A stretch of 64,000 nt of DNA from Zancudomyces culisetae HAW-14-8 (Eukaryota > Fungi > Kickxellomycota). Shown here piece by piece: positions 26,101-39,250 of the stretch (position 1 is the first letter of the stretch; each line of letters begins with the position of its first letter). The translations under genes were made by a program, and so were the position numbers. Where the stretch lies: positions 124,001 through 188,000 of the forward strand of contig JBNJNM010000022.1 of assembly GCA_052426225.1 (NCBI GenBank), in the 5' to 3' direction. The notes below the pieces were generated by a model. It was not told the DNA's origin. It searched no databases and worked only from the letters and a program-made list of their open reading frames with translations.

Positions 26101-29100
26101 CGAATCATTTAGGCTTTTGAAAAATCTAATTCCTTGTGAATATTGCGAAAGCTCTGGATATATGTTGTACATTTCAATATTGGTGAGATTCTTTTTCAGT
26201 TTTTTAAAAGAAGGTAGATATATGTACTCGCTTTTGTCAAAGTATAAATGTAACAAATCAGCATGGTAAGCCAGAGTGTCGAATATACTGCATACGTTGC
26301 CAACGTTTGGCCAGTAATTATTGAATTTCTGCTTAATAGTGTAGTTTTCGGTAACTCTTTTTTCGTAGATCAAAGTACAGGCTATAAATTCTGGAATATA
26401 TTCGGTTTTACTTTGTCTTTCAAGTAAGCCTAAAGCTAAAGTGTAAAGTTGGAGTAAATGTTTTGGATTGGTTATTCGATCATTATTTTTAAAGCATATA
26501 TATACATATTCGTTCAGTAACAGTTCAAAACAGTTGGCAAAGTTCAAACAGGTATATTTGACCCCGTTTTTTGTCTTCATAGAACGTTGGTCAACTGCTT
26601 TCTTGTAACCCAGAATATCTAGAATTGTAGAGAATGGGTCCTCGAAGCTGATATTTTCTGCTGCTTTTGTGACCACAAGTTCATCATTACCACAAATTAT
26701 TTTCAAAAAGCTGAGGACATTTCTCTTAACATCGAACAACTTTTCCCCTATATCCCGTATTTCACATAGCGCTTTTTCCATTTCAACTGAAAACTTAATG
26801 CTGGATGTGATTTCTTTCTGCGTGTGACCTTGAAAAGCTTCATACGCGTCTATATCCTTAAATATTTCTTCGACTATATTTTCCGATCTAGTTTTATAAA
26901 ATTTGGTTTTTAAATCAAATAGCACTTATATTAACTAATATTATATAAATTCTAAGTAAAGCTTTGTCCCAATTGACACAAACAACTTGTTAGTGTGGAA
27001 TTTCTTTTCCAGATATTAACAACTCTAAAAAAAGAGCTCCATAGAACTGTTCTTTGTATATACATAAAATACTTTTGTTTATGTTCGTTTTACTTACCTA
27101 GCTAGTCCAGATATACCACTTATTTTTGATATTTCGGAAAGAATACTAAATATTAGGAGCTTATGTATAAGAGAGGTGGGAGACATGTCACTTCTAAAGG
27201 CCTTGTATCTACAAACCACTGAGTTATAGATGTTAACCACAGAATCTAGAAATAGCACGATTGCTCGTTTATTTGACCATTCCTAGTTTATTATGGGTTG
27301 ACCGTATTAAATTAGTTATTAAGACATTTTTAGATAAGTATAAATCGTAATTTCATCTAGACACCAACGTTAGAGTTAACAAACAGAAAACTCTTTTGTA
27401 TGAATATCAATATGTGGCTATTGTAGTTTTAGTTTTGTGCTTACCTGTTTTATCCCATAATTTTTGTTAAAGTTCCGTATAGTAGAGTATATTTTACATA
27501 AAATAGCTATTTGCCCAAATGTAGTTCCCTTGTTTACTAAAAGCGGTTCAGGATAAGCTTTCTTATATTCACTATCAACCTGGCTAAATTCATTCCAAGT
27601 AATAATGAATGAGGTTAAATCTGTAAACCTGAGCCAAAAGCACCATCCTTCTAGTAGAAATGTCTTTTTATCACCACCCTCCATCATCTTTTTTGAGATA
27701 TCATACTCTTCAACATTCAAAATCAGCCCATTTTCATCTTTCTCTTTAACTTCAAGCAGCCCCCCCTTTTTTTCTTTAGATTTACCAGCCTCTTTTGATT
27801 TTTTATCGATATCGTACATTTCAATTCTAGCCTCCCTTTTCAAGTTTAACAATCCTACGTACCCAAGTGACTCAAGTATCCTGACTATATATGCATGGTC
27901 ATTTGACATGCACAACTTGAAGAAACAGTCCTTTACGACAATAAAATTATCAAATTGCGAAATAATCTCAATGGTTTCAATCTCCTTATATTTTAGGATG
28001 CTAGCCTTTACTCCCTGGAAATAAGGAGAAGATAGTTTTTGAGTCATAAATTCGAACAACCCTATCGATATAGTTTCCAGTATGTCTTTGTATCCTAATG
28101 CAGGTATTTGACCTGCATACTTCTTATGAAGGTTTCTGATTTCCCAGAATACCCCGCTTTTGGAATATCTAGAGTATAGCAATTCTAAATACTTGTGTGA
28201 GAACGAACTATCTCTGGTGTGTGACCTGGTTGCAAAATAACTATTCATGACCATTTTTATAACCGTTGGCTTTACCGTTTTGTTCTTAAAAAAAGATGTA
28301 TTTAGCAGTAAAGCCAACGAGAAGTTTATTAAATTGTCTACTAGTACATTATTTGATGCCTGTTCCGTGCAACAGTCGTTCTTGCATTTTTCATTTCTCT
28401 TGATAGCCTTTTCTATAATCCGAAAAATATACTTAAAATATATTTCAATACATCCAAGTAAAGCCAGGTGATTATCCCCTTCAATCTTCCCAAGCTCAGT
28501 TATTAGTCCATCGAACACACAACCATATCCTGTAATCAAACAATACTCTTCATACTTTTTCAAATACTTTATAAATATCTTCCTGTTGAAGTAATGAATC
28601 TTTTTTTCGTCTTTTAATCTAATCAGTACTCCTGCCATTCCCAGTAGTATATTTTCTTTTCCGATTATATCATCCACAGAGATAAACACATCGCTTAAAA
28701 AATAATTTTCGAAAAAGGCAAGCAAATCATCGTTTGATGTAATTTTATCTCCATTTACATGTTTTGAGTTGCATATTAAGAATCCTTTGGAATTTTTATA
28801 AAGCGGTGAGGTGAATTCTAGAAGTGTATCCATTCCATCTATTTCATACTCTGGGGTATTTTCTACAGCACTTTTTTCGCTATCTGTTGCATATAGAGCG
28901 TTGAGTGTCTTATCACAAAAAACATTAATGTGTAGCTCTAAAAAACCTTTGAATATTGCATTAAAACGGTTCGTGTTGATCGTTCCATTCAAATAGCCCA
29001 ATCCTACCAGATTTTCCACATAAGGTAATACTAATTCATACGTTATAGGAAGTTTGTTTTTTTTTGGCAGTTCCAGTGTTAAATTCCAGTACCTCAAGTA

Positions 29101-30828
29101 AGCTAGAATAGCTTGATAACAGCTCTACATAAATTTATTAGTAAACATTATTTATACAATGCAATTAGCCTTAATAAATATATAATACGAAGTTCAAGAT
29201 ATTTCTTGTGATTATAAAAACTGTTTTTCTTTTTTAGTTAACGATTTTGGTGATCCAGAAATCATTTGCTACTATTATAAATATATTATTTAGCAGTATT
29301 CGATGAATAATATCTTTTACTTACATCTTCATCAAAATTGTTCAACTCGGTAAACATTTTGAGTATTCTGAAAATCATTACAATCGAATCCACTATAGGG
29401 GGTACTTGATCGATTAGGTTATTAAATCAATTTTTAACTTTATAGTAAATAACCAGTGTTACTATTGAATACTTACGGGTTTCGTAAAAGTTATCTAAAA
29501 AAAGGTTCATCACATTGTAAAGCAATTTTCGCGAGTCAAGGTTGAACGGCTTAATTTCAGGTAAAGATTCCACTCTATAAAAACTTAAAAAATCGTCATT
29601 TAACTTTGGTAGTTGGCGGACCTTTTGAAAATTCTCTCGAATTGATTCCTTTTCCCTTTTTTCGTGTTCTGTCTTTATAACTCGATATACATTAGATAGT
29701 ACCGCTGTAACATTTATTTTTTGACTTGCTTTTACATGCGCTATTAAAATATACTTAAACATATTAGCATGATTTATAAATATATGTATAAATCAATAAA
29801 TAAAAGATTTTCTATTATCCCGTACCTGTACTACTTTTATCCATGAATGAGGATCCGTATACAGCTATCGATCGACGCAATAATGATGTTATAAATTTTG
29901 AATTTTTTCTTTCTGACGCTGCCTGATATTCAAAACCCTGTGGAACAAAAAAGGAGCTATCATTGTTTTGTTTCTCATCATTACTTAGTATTGAAATTTC
30001 GTCTGAGCTATCTTCACGAAACAAATATCCTTCTGATTGATCTAACTTTCTAAAACTTGCCAAAACTTGAATCAACATGTTGCTTGGTGACATAATTTCT
30101 TCTTTTTTCTCTCGAAAACATTCCATAAAGAACGCCTTTCTGTCCTGGTTTCCTTTATCCAAAAAATTAAATAATACACTTGATTTATCATATAGAGGAT
30201 GCAAACTTTCCTCCAGAGAACCAACTTTTTCATAATCAGACTCCATTTCAGTATCAGTAAAAGTATCATCCTCTTTGTAATCCGTTTCTCTGCTAGCAAT
30301 ACCTATCCTCGTATTAGTATTTCTTTTATCATCCTCGAGTAAAACCGCATCTTGTTTTTCTATCGTTTCATATTCATTAACTCCTGAAATATTCTTTATT
30401 ACTTCATTGTTCGGTTGCTTGGATTGAACATTCTTTTGAAGATTCTCACGCATTTCCTTCTGGATATCCTCATTAATCTCTTTTCCTATTTTCTTTATTT
30501 TTAACATCTCCCTGTATCTAAACCCTTTGGCGCCCTTCGCTGGGTTTGTCACATTTCTTTTACCATTGAACTTTCTCCTTCGCTTACCTCGCGTATTTTC
30601 ATTATAACTAGACTGAAATATCTGCTTTTTTGACTCAGGAGTTAATTCATTCAACTTTTTCGCATTAACCAAAGCTATAAGAGTGTCTATCGCTTTTGGG
30701 TTAGCTTGGAATACAGTTTTCCATTTCCTTTTATTGTTATTCCTCTTTTCTCTCCCTCGATTTTTTTTCCTTCGTGTTTCTTTCATACGATCGTACCTTA
30801 TTTTATTCTTTATTGTTTTCGAAGCCAT
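18850..30828 (-). CDS. Giant orphan protein (~3,749 aa), 6 exons: 30828-29826, 29740-29477, 29404-29325, 29124-27445, 27282-27098, 26887-18850
   Basis: Four track ORFs plus two small exons are joined by GT-AG introns (GTACGG, GTAAGT, GTAAGT, GTAAGC, GTAAGT donors) with consistent phases, giving 11,250 nt = 3,750 codons. The core looks helical and hydrophobic, with a basic N-terminus and a disordered acidic/Ser-rich C-terminus. Confidence 0.75.
19079..19126 (-). repeat. 9-nt coding tandem repeat encoding (SRE)x5
   Basis: ttctctact units repeated on the + strand; protein reads SRESRESRESRESRE. Confidence 0.85.
20055..20137 (-). repeat. (ATC/GAT)n-derived poly-Asp/Asp-Tyr coding microsatellite
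   Basis: Imperfect tcatca runs; protein reads DDDDDDGDDDDDDNDYDFDDYDDYDY. Confidence 0.85.
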
Positions 30829-33366
30829 CCCTTATAATAATATATTACTTGGATTTATCTATTAATGCTCATAGCTTAGAAGTGGATATATCATTTTTTT
30901 CATACTTTGTGATATCCGTTCTGATGATATCTTTGTTTGTTGTTTTGAAACGTTATAGCTTGCTAATTCGTTTGATATTACTAGTTATCCTTGAATAAAA
31001 CGAAGAAAATTTAATCATTTAGTTATTTTTTTTACTAAAACTTAATGCTCCCCATTTTACAAAAACAAAGGTTATGGCTGAAAAAACGAAAAAGTGAATT
31101 TCATTTATGACAGGTAAAGGCATGCCTCACTATTACTCAGCATATAAACCCTATTTGAAGAGTCCACCAACCCTCATCGAGATGTGGGGTTTTGCTTTAA
31201 TGCAGGGATGTAATTTTATTTGCACTTTGAATATTAATGTTAATTTTCCAATCATTTGGTATATCACTTTTCTTTAAAATTAGTAAAAAATAGTTATTTT
31301 CCTAAAAATAAATAACGTAATTATATTAATAAAACAATATATTTTTATGCGGTATTATCATCCTAACCAAATTGCTAGTGGTCAACCCGTAAAAAAAATA
31401 TACTTTACATTAGCTTTGACTGGAAATGGTGCCCAGAACCCAGAGACAAGATGAAAATAGTAAAAAGCAAACATTTCTTGGGAACCATTATTCCCTCGTA
31501 CAAAAAAACCATACTCGTGCACACTACTGAATTTTCCCTCATACAGCTTTCCAAATATTCACTTACAACTTACTTGGTTTTCGAGAGCTAGTCAGTTGGA
31601 AGAGTATTTCTATGTGTATGGGGATATTCCATGGCGAGTGTAATTAAAAATTGGAAGAAATAACCAGTAACAGAGCATGGATGCCTCGCTATTATTATTT
31701 TCCGTGAGCTGAAAAACCGAGAAACGGATTGGCTGCCTACTGTAGCCCTGCTTTGAACTCACCCTTTAGCATCATAAAGATTGCCATACTTAACGCCCGG
31801 TCCGTTGTAGATCCTTTATATAAAATTGGCAACTTTATTTTTGTAATTTCAATTTTATACATTTCTTACGTAAATTGGATATTTGAACAAAAGTTAGTTC
31901 TTTGACTAAACGTGCATTGAAAGCTCTCAAAAATAATGTATATTCCTGATATATAAGTGTATACACAAGATCCAGAACTGTAGAATTATTTTTGGTTACA
32001 ACATGAGGCCTCATCTAATCAAGGCCCCGAGACTATATGCTGGTAAATGTACTTGTATGGTTGGGCTTTCTCGTGGATTTTATGATTTTTTTATAGTGCA
32101 ACATGGATGGTGTAATATAATCGTAAAGTCATACTTTGTGCAAAATTTTGAGATTGACCATATACTTAAATGAAAAGTTGGCTGTAGTATCCATTTTTAC
32201 AAATTACCACATTTTATCGCACAAAAATAGATAAATACGTGAGCAAAAACTACAATACCATTGAATCGGTTCTTAGAAAAAAGCAGGTTCTCTTTATTGT
32301 GTCTCATTAAAGTTATAAAAGAATATATAGTTTTGTATGCAAGCGATTCAGTCGAGATTTCAGGTTTTAAAGTTGGGTTAGTCATTGGATAACAGTACCC
32401 AAAGCCAACGTACAACACAATAAGTCTGAAGATGAAAAAGGGGAGGATATAAATAACCCTTTTTATCTAGCTTCATTGAGTTTCACACTATACCCCTATA
32501 TTTTTAGCAGCACTGGATATTGGCTACTTTAACTCTTGCTTACCACCATAGTAAGATAATATACTATAACCAAGGAAACTAACTTATTCCACCAATATTG
32601 GCTGATTTGTTTCTATTGGTCTCGGCGAATATCTAAATAAAGCAGAATAATTTGACTTTAAAAAGCTCAAGGGCCAATTATATTCATTGTTTTAAACCCT
32701 ACCAGTGAATTTTAGGGAAGGAAATTCCCAGTTGCTCCAAAAATACCAACCGAATGTTGTGATAATATTCTTTCAATTTCCTGATTTATTTTGGAAAATC
32801 GAAATTTTCATTGATTCCAAAAAGGTTCATGTTAATATTATGTAATTCTCCTCTCACCAAGAGAATCTAGCGCGTGAAATTAAAGTAGTCGGCAAAAACA
32901 GACAAGATTACAGAGATGTTGTGCCTAAGTTACCTCTTAAGTGAAAAAATAACTACAACATACAAAACAATAACGATTGAACATATTGAAGAGGGCAATA
33001 AAAAAGAATAATATACATAATCTAACAAGAACTAAACTCAGCCATTTTGTTTTAGTTGTCAAACACAATTTGATCCTCTTTCTCTTTACAAACTAGCAGC
33101 AGTATTAATACCAACAGCTAGGTTTTTCTCATTTTTGAAGGCTGATTTGAACAAAAACTAAACTATAAACTCGAAGAGAAGAATCACAGACTCTTTATTT
33201 ACCTATGATGGTAAGTTAAATATACAAAAAATAGCAATGGAAGCTGGCCAGTGTAAACCATTTGATTTTTCAAAAAAAACATAATACAGGTGAACAGTAT
33301 AGAGACTATTTAAAACCAGGTTTGCGAATTGAATCAGCATATGGGCTAGAAATACTTAACTAAAAT

Positions 33367-34977
33367 ATGATGCGAAAAGGTAATATCGATACCGAATTTT
33401 ATAAAGAAAAAATCCAAAAAAACTATCAAGATTCATTTCACGCATCAGTTTCCAAAATTACATGTACTGGACACGCCAAGACGGAGACAATGCAAAATGA
33501 TATAGCTGAGGAAAGGGGTAGAAGGCGTTCTAATCCAATTCCAATATCAAATTTGAAGCTTGGAGGAACGCAAGTTCGAGTAGGACGGAATGGGGGCTCA
33601 AAAGATAGGCAGAAAGCAGATATTGGTACTAGTACTAATACCTACGATTGTATTCAAAATACTCGAAACGATGATTCCGAAATCCAAAGCGAAGCAAAAA
33701 AATTGCGTAGAAAAAATGAAGCTTTGAATTCAACGATGAAGATGCTTTCGACACACGTAGAGTACATTGAAAATAGATTGATTGAATACCAAAACAAAAA
33801 CGAACAATTGAACAAGAGTCTTGTAAGGGCGCAATTGCAAAACAAGGATTTGGTAAAACGTTATCGGGAACAAATTAGCGAAATATTGTTGGGATATCAA
33901 AAAAGAGCGATAAAAACAAAGCTATTCGATCGACTCCGGGAACACCAGGCCAAGAAACATGCCGAGCAATCGAGCATTCATCAGCTGAATCTTAAGCTAA
34001 CTCTGAATGCCGATGAAAAGCCAAGTTGGGAGCTTGGGTTTGTTTTGTATAAAAAATATCGACAGTTTTTTAAAAAGATCGACAGTGACCCATTGTATTT
34101 TTTGTTGTGTGCCAAAAATATTTTATACCTGGAATCGTTGGCAATTTACAAACGAAGAAACAGACACAAAAGAGTTCTGAAAGAAAAACCAAAGTATATC
34201 GGTAGACATGGAAAGAGAAGATCAAAAAATGTTACGAGTTTTCTTCCAGGTGCTAGTAAAGGTTCTGGTCATAATAGAAAAAAATCAGATCAAAGTAATA
34301 CTACCCGTTTTGCAAATAAGTGTCACAAAATCAGAAATATATACGGATCTGCAGAAGAGAAAAATGAACAAAACACACTTTATTCGGTCAACTCTTCAAG
34401 CTCAGAGAGCACAGTTATTGTAGGGTCTAGCTCACCACATAAGATACTCCTGACTAGTAGTAAGCACAGAGATTACGATGACTACGAACGCAATAAACAA
34501 AAGGCTCAATTTGACGAAGATCTGTGTAGGAATAGCCCAGCTCAAGAAAACCAGAATTGTCAGGAAATGGAAACACTTTCTCTTGATACTCGGGAAAAAA
34601 ATAATGTCCAGTATGTTTCTCCGAAATTAAACTTTGATATACAGAATCAAGGACGTACACGGTGCCTTTGCTCAAGAGCTTTGAGTAAGAATGTGGATGG
34701 ATTGAACCAGAAATACACAAGTGAAGAAACCGTCATGGGAGATTCTGAAATCACAAACCAAGAGACCCAACATGCTCTACTTGGTGAAAACAACTGTATG
34801 GAAATCGCTAATGAAAAAATAATTTTCACATCTGCTCCAAATGGGTTCCCCACCAACTCGATGCTGTTAGGCTCGGATATTCCTACAACCAAGATCGAAA
34901 GATTAATGCTAAGTTTCACCAATCGTTCGTTAGACATCATTTCCTTTATTTACTTTTTTGGAAAGCAAAAAGAGTAA
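33367..34977 (+). CDS. Hypothetical coiled-coil protein (536 aa; upstream exons possible)
   Basis: Long ORF with a heptad-like region (IQSEAKKLRRKNEALNSTMKMLSTHVEYIENRLIEYQNKNEQLNKSL) and basic NLS-like tracts; no family recognised. Confidence 0.7.
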   Translation: MMRKGNIDTEFYKEKIQKNYQDSFHASVSKITCTGHAKTETMQNDIAEERGRRRSNPIPISNLKLGGTQVRVGRNGGSKDRQKADIGTSTNTYDCIQNTRNDDSEIQSEAKKLRRKNEALNSTMKMLSTHVEYIENRLIEYQNKNEQLNKSLVRAQLQNKDLVKRYREQISEILLGYQKRAIKTKLFDRLREHQAKKHAEQSSIHQLNLKLTLNADEKPSWELGFVLYKKYRQFFKKIDSDPLYFLLCAKNILYLESLAIYKRRNRHKRVLKEKPKYIGRHGKRRSKNVTSFLPGASKGSGHNRKKSDQSNTTRFANKCHKIRNIYGSAEEKNEQNTLYSVNSSSSESTVIVGSSSPHKILLTSSKHRDYDDYERNKQKAQFDEDLCRNSPAQENQNCQEMETLSLDTREKNNVQYVSPKLNFDIQNQGRTRCLCSRALSKNVDGLNQKYTSEETVMGDSEITNQETQHALLGENNCMEIANEKIIFTSAPNGFPTNSMLLGSDIPTTKIERLMLSFTNRSLDIISFIYFFGKQKE

Positions 34978-35056
34978 TATAGTGCAACTGACCAGGAAAA
35001 AGGTTCCTCCCTAGGCCAATTTTTAATGTTCCCCTATTGAATCAAAAAGGAAAAGT

Positions 35057-36418
35057 CTAAAACAAATGGTAGTCCAGAGGAGCGAACGAAGGCAAAACAC
35101 GGCTGAAATCGGATATAAAATATATACCATTGCTTAGTTTGTTCATTGTTGCAAAGATATTGATTCCTTTGGTACAGTATTTCAACGTATCTGCCTCAAC
35201 AAAGATTTTGTACAGTTCACAGTTGATGTTTTTAGGATCACTTTTAGTATTATTTTTAATAGTAGTATCTGTTTTGTCATTAGTCCACTTCTCCAAAACC
35301 ACAGTGTTTGGACGGATAGTTGTTACAATTGTAAAAATACTGGCAGTCTTTTCACTAGAAACCAAGTTCAAGTTCATTAACCCATAAACATCTAAATCAG
35401 ACTGGCTATCCTCCTCATTGCTATCCATTCCACCAATTTTCGCTGGATCAAAGTACAGGCTCTCATTATTGTAAATGAAACGATCAACACAAATACGGTT
35501 GTATTCCCCTGGCAATCTGTAGTTTAAAGCCATCACATTTGGGATTTCATACTCAGCTGTTTTCGCCACTTGCAACGATTTTTTGAGCCCGGTGCAGATA
35601 TCATTACTGTTAGCACCTGGGCTATTGTCATTGTTTGATGCAGCAGCATCTTCGAAAAGTTGATTCCGCAACAAAAACTCACACCATTTTATAACTACCG
35701 ATGGCGCAATGTTGTACCATTCGCTGTCTCTGTATATATCTTCAACCAGTATTTTTTTGGAAAAATACATTTTAGTTCCAAATTCGTTATCAATAATACC
35801 ATCTTCTCCCAATGCACTAACCTGCTTTGTATACAACTCATCCTCCTCTTTGTCATCCCCAATGCTGTACATTTCAAGCAAAAATCTATCAGAAAAATCC
35901 AGCACCTGATTCAACTCCTCCTCTGTAAGTACTTTCATATTTTTTCGATCATCATTCCCGTTGTCATCACCACTACTATTGCTGCAATCTTCTTGCTTTG
36001 CTTCAAAGTTCAGCTCTGCGAATTTCTCGGCCAAATCTTCATCACAAATATTTTCTAGATATCCATATTCTTTCAGGTTCTCTTTAATCCTTTTCATCTC
36101 TTCATTCACTACCCCTTCATCTAAAACAAGGTTCAAAAGCCCCATCTCCAGGGCCATCACCGATTCATATCTACTTCTCTTCTTTGTTTTTAATTCAGCT
36201 TTTAGTTTGTTTTTTGTGGGTTTTATCCTTCGGTAAATCATGTCCATATGCTCAGGTTCCACATTTCCGTACAACATGTAATCCTTGAAAATCAGCCGTT
36301 CACTGCTTGTTTTCAAGTGCTTGTTGCTTGTATAAAATGCCTTTGCCGCTCTCACTATCTGTACCAGTACGCACGCATTCTCGCGCTCACAATCACTCTC
36401 ATTTTTTGTCGTTGTCAT
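35057..36418 (-). CDS. arb1: Argonaute siRNA chaperone (ARC) complex subunit Arb1-like protein (453 aa)
   Basis: By-eye match to the Arb1 family pattern: N-terminal ERLIFKDYMLYGNV (R..IF..Y...G.I/V), central APSVVIKWCEFLLRNQLFED...LKKSLQVAKTAEYEIP, and C-terminal IFVEADTLKYCTKGINIFATMNKLSNGIYFISDFSRVLPSF. Confidence 0.65.
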   Translation of the reverse strand: MTTTKNESDCERENACVLVQIVRAAKAFYTSNKHLKTSSERLIFKDYMLYGNVEPEHMDMIYRRIKPTKNKLKAELKTKKRSRYESVMALEMGLLNLVLDEGVVNEEMKRIKENLKEYGYLENICDEDLAEKFAELNFEAKQEDCSNSSGDDNGNDDRKNMKVLTEEELNQVLDFSDRFLLEMYSIGDDKEEDELYTKQVSALGEDGIIDNEFGTKMYFSKKILVEDIYRDSEWYNIAPSVVIKWCEFLLRNQLFEDAAASNNDNSPGANSNDICTGLKKSLQVAKTAEYEIPNVMALNYRLPGEYNRICVDRFIYNNESLYFDPAKIGGMDSNEEDSQSDLDVYGLMNLNLVSSEKTASIFTIVTTIRPNTVVLEKWTNDKTDTTIKNNTKSDPKNINCELYKIFVEADTLKYCTKGINIFATMNKLSNGIYFISDFSRVLPSFAPLDYHLF

Positions 36419-36997
36419 TTTTCTCGCAATTTTCGAATTATCCTATATAAAAGTCTGGCAGAATGCTGTGTTTCATAGAAGCCATCCAGCTTTTGAGGCT
36501 ATATATATATGTTTAGGTTTGATAGTTCTTTTTTAGAGTCCTCTTTTTGCCTCCTTTCTATTCCTTTCTAATTTTTGTTTCCGGCCTTCTTATAAGCCAA
36601 AGATGTTTGTAGTTCGGAATTTGGCCAATCGTTTACTTTACTCAACGAGGAAAAAAAATTGAGCTAATCAATAATAGCTGTGAAAAGAAAAACAAATTGA
36701 TCTATTCCGCATTTATCCCAAAACTCTTTCTTTCTCGCTTTTATTCAACTACATGTTCTTTTATATGGTTCAAAGCATTAATTGTGTCGCTTTTTCTGGT
36801 TTGAATATATAAAAGAAATTAATGAAAAGTTTAAATAATACAAATTCAGCGTCGAAAAGTACAGCTTCAAATAAATCGAAAGCCATTACATACTTTTTAA
36901 ACGCACAAATTCAACTACACCAATTGCGCCATACGCCATATGCAAACTAGCTGGTATACATGTCAATAGTCTATATCTCTGCCGCTTCGTAGTTGTT

Positions 36998-39250
36998 CTA
37001 CTGTCTCAACTGATTTTCCTCTTTCTAGTTACTTTTTGGGTTTTTTTATTCCCTCATGAGAACTCTCAAAAAATAGGGTCTGTTTGGCCCTCCTTTTCAA
37101 CTCCTCAAATGCTTGCGTATTGTCAACTAGTATTATAGAAAAAAAATCAGCTTGTTAATTACCCAAGAATCTAATGTGTTTAAACTCCACAATAAATTAG
37201 TAGACAAGTAGGTAGGTAATTGCATGAATAAAACACTTACCATAACTGGGCGGTTCTTTTGCTAGACCCATCCGCTCACCGTTATGTGTTGGTGTACCAA
37301 TGTCCTTAAGAAGCGTGTTCTCCCAAGTATTTAGCTCCTGTAGTAGTCTTTTGTGCGACTTTGGATGCAATGAATCTTCATTTGCATTGTACATGCTGAT
37401 CCACTCTATATGCCTCGCCTCCATTGCTTTTTTATTTCCTGTGCTAGGAAGTCCTAAATCCTATAATAGTTTTATTGTGGAACTTTGTAGTTTTATTTCA
37501 AATTTGTGAAAAAAAATCCCCTTGTTCTTTCAAAGAAATATATTATAATAAATAATTGAGATAAATGATAATACACCTCAGCAACTGACTAAAATGTAAA
37601 CTCGTAATAATTCTTAGTAAAAGTACTTCGTCTATAGATAAATATTTACCTTTAACACCTTTCGTAGTTTAGCCTCGCTCATCATGGAGTATACTAACTT
37701 TGAAGGTTTTGGTAACCTATTTTGGGTACAGCAATTGATTGTTTTAAACGGTTATGTATTGGAATAACAATTAGAAGTTTAAGGTTCTTGTGACTTGTGC
37801 TTTGATATTACTATCGATGTAATATATTCTTCGGTTAACAATAATCCTGTGTATGACCTTACCTTTTTTCGGCTATTCGTGACTTCAGAATAAGATTAAA
37901 CGGATTTTGGATACTGTGAGGTTTCCTACTAGATTTGGCTTCCAAACACATATCCAAGTGTCTGTTTATTGATGTCTCAATAATCAGTGTGCTGCAATTA
38001 GGACAGCTAACTACCATTCGCAGGTATTTCGATGTATTACGATTAGTTAGTGAAGGTCGAGTACTCACAACTCTTTATAAAAATCATACTACACTATACT
38101 ATAGTAAATATGTGAACAGAGGGCCATATGCATATAATAGGAAACCACTTTAGATACTTTGGTATGTACCTTTTTTGGGTGACAGAAAGTGACTCTGATC
38201 TTCTGTAGTTCTAATATCACATTCGTTTTTTTTCAAGACGTTTTTAGTCGGTAGTTCTATTTTACTCTGTATTGAGCGTATACATGTTGGTTGTTTAGTC
38301 AGAAATGTGTAAAGTTAATAAATAGGACAGTGCTGATATCACACTAGTTCGCTCTTGTCTAATATACAGGAACTTACCGGGTTTTCGGGGCTGGCACAAT
38401 TGGCCTGATGGCTCTCTAATAAACATATTTTTTTTGAGATTTTGAATTTCGACACTTTTTTTTTGATTGTAAGAAAATATATATACTGGAAACTCTGGGT
38501 TTCAAATAACATAACAGCTCGGTATTTGGCATAGGTGAAAAGATGGATATGTAAAATAAGAGATACATATAGCCATTATACCATCGTTCACCTTCAATAA
38601 AATACCCTATAATGGTAAAATACCTAATATAGCATCCACGCTGCTTAACGAATCTCTTACTGCCTCAAGTACCATTTTTCTACAAGAATTGCAAATTTAT
38701 CGTTAGTGCTCCTTTGTTTTATATCATGAAACTGATTTTATGTCAAACATAGCAAAAAAAAATAGATAGATAGATACCTCTGCCTTGTGAAAGCATTGAC
38801 CAATGAGTCCATAAATTTAATTGAAAGTAAATTAGATTCAACCAGTTGACCAAAACAACAAGGACACTGCTTCTTTATGTTTAATGCTCGTCGTATACAA
38901 AGAGAGCAAAATATGTGGCTACAGATTATCGACATAACTGAACCAGAAAGAAATTCGTGGCATATCGGGCACCTAAATTGATGATCAAGCTGCCTAAGCG
39001 AGTCAAATTCCGCTGGCCAATCATCAGGATCATCTATTCCAAGCTCGGGTGTGGGTATTAATCCTATCGATGATGTTCTAGTTGTATCTTTATCCGTATT
39101 GGCGATTTCTATAAGCGGTGGTTCGTGAATCGTTTCCGTTAAATCCGGTCGGGACTCTGTCGAATCGGTGATACTTTTGGTTAATTCACGATCCTGAATC
39201 TTTGAATTATCTTCGATGTTGGTTTCTTTGCTCGCTTTGTTGGATTGCAT
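36998..39250 (-). CDS. RAD18: E3 ubiquitin ligase Rad18 (RING + UBZ4 + SAP), 8 exons
   Basis: IDDPDDW...LDHQFRCPICHEF...CSHIFCSLCIRRAL...CPCC RING; VSCPNC...INRHLDMCL UBZ; PKPSKLVYSMMSEAKLRKVLK-DLGLPSTGNKKAMEARHIEWISMYNANEDS SAP region. Canonical introns splice in frame. Confidence 0.92.

Noticed and set aside
18908-28996. Numerous short + strand ORFs opposite the giant gene, and similar ones opposite COG2, PDB1 and ELG1
   Set aside because: Antisense shadows with no independent coding signal.
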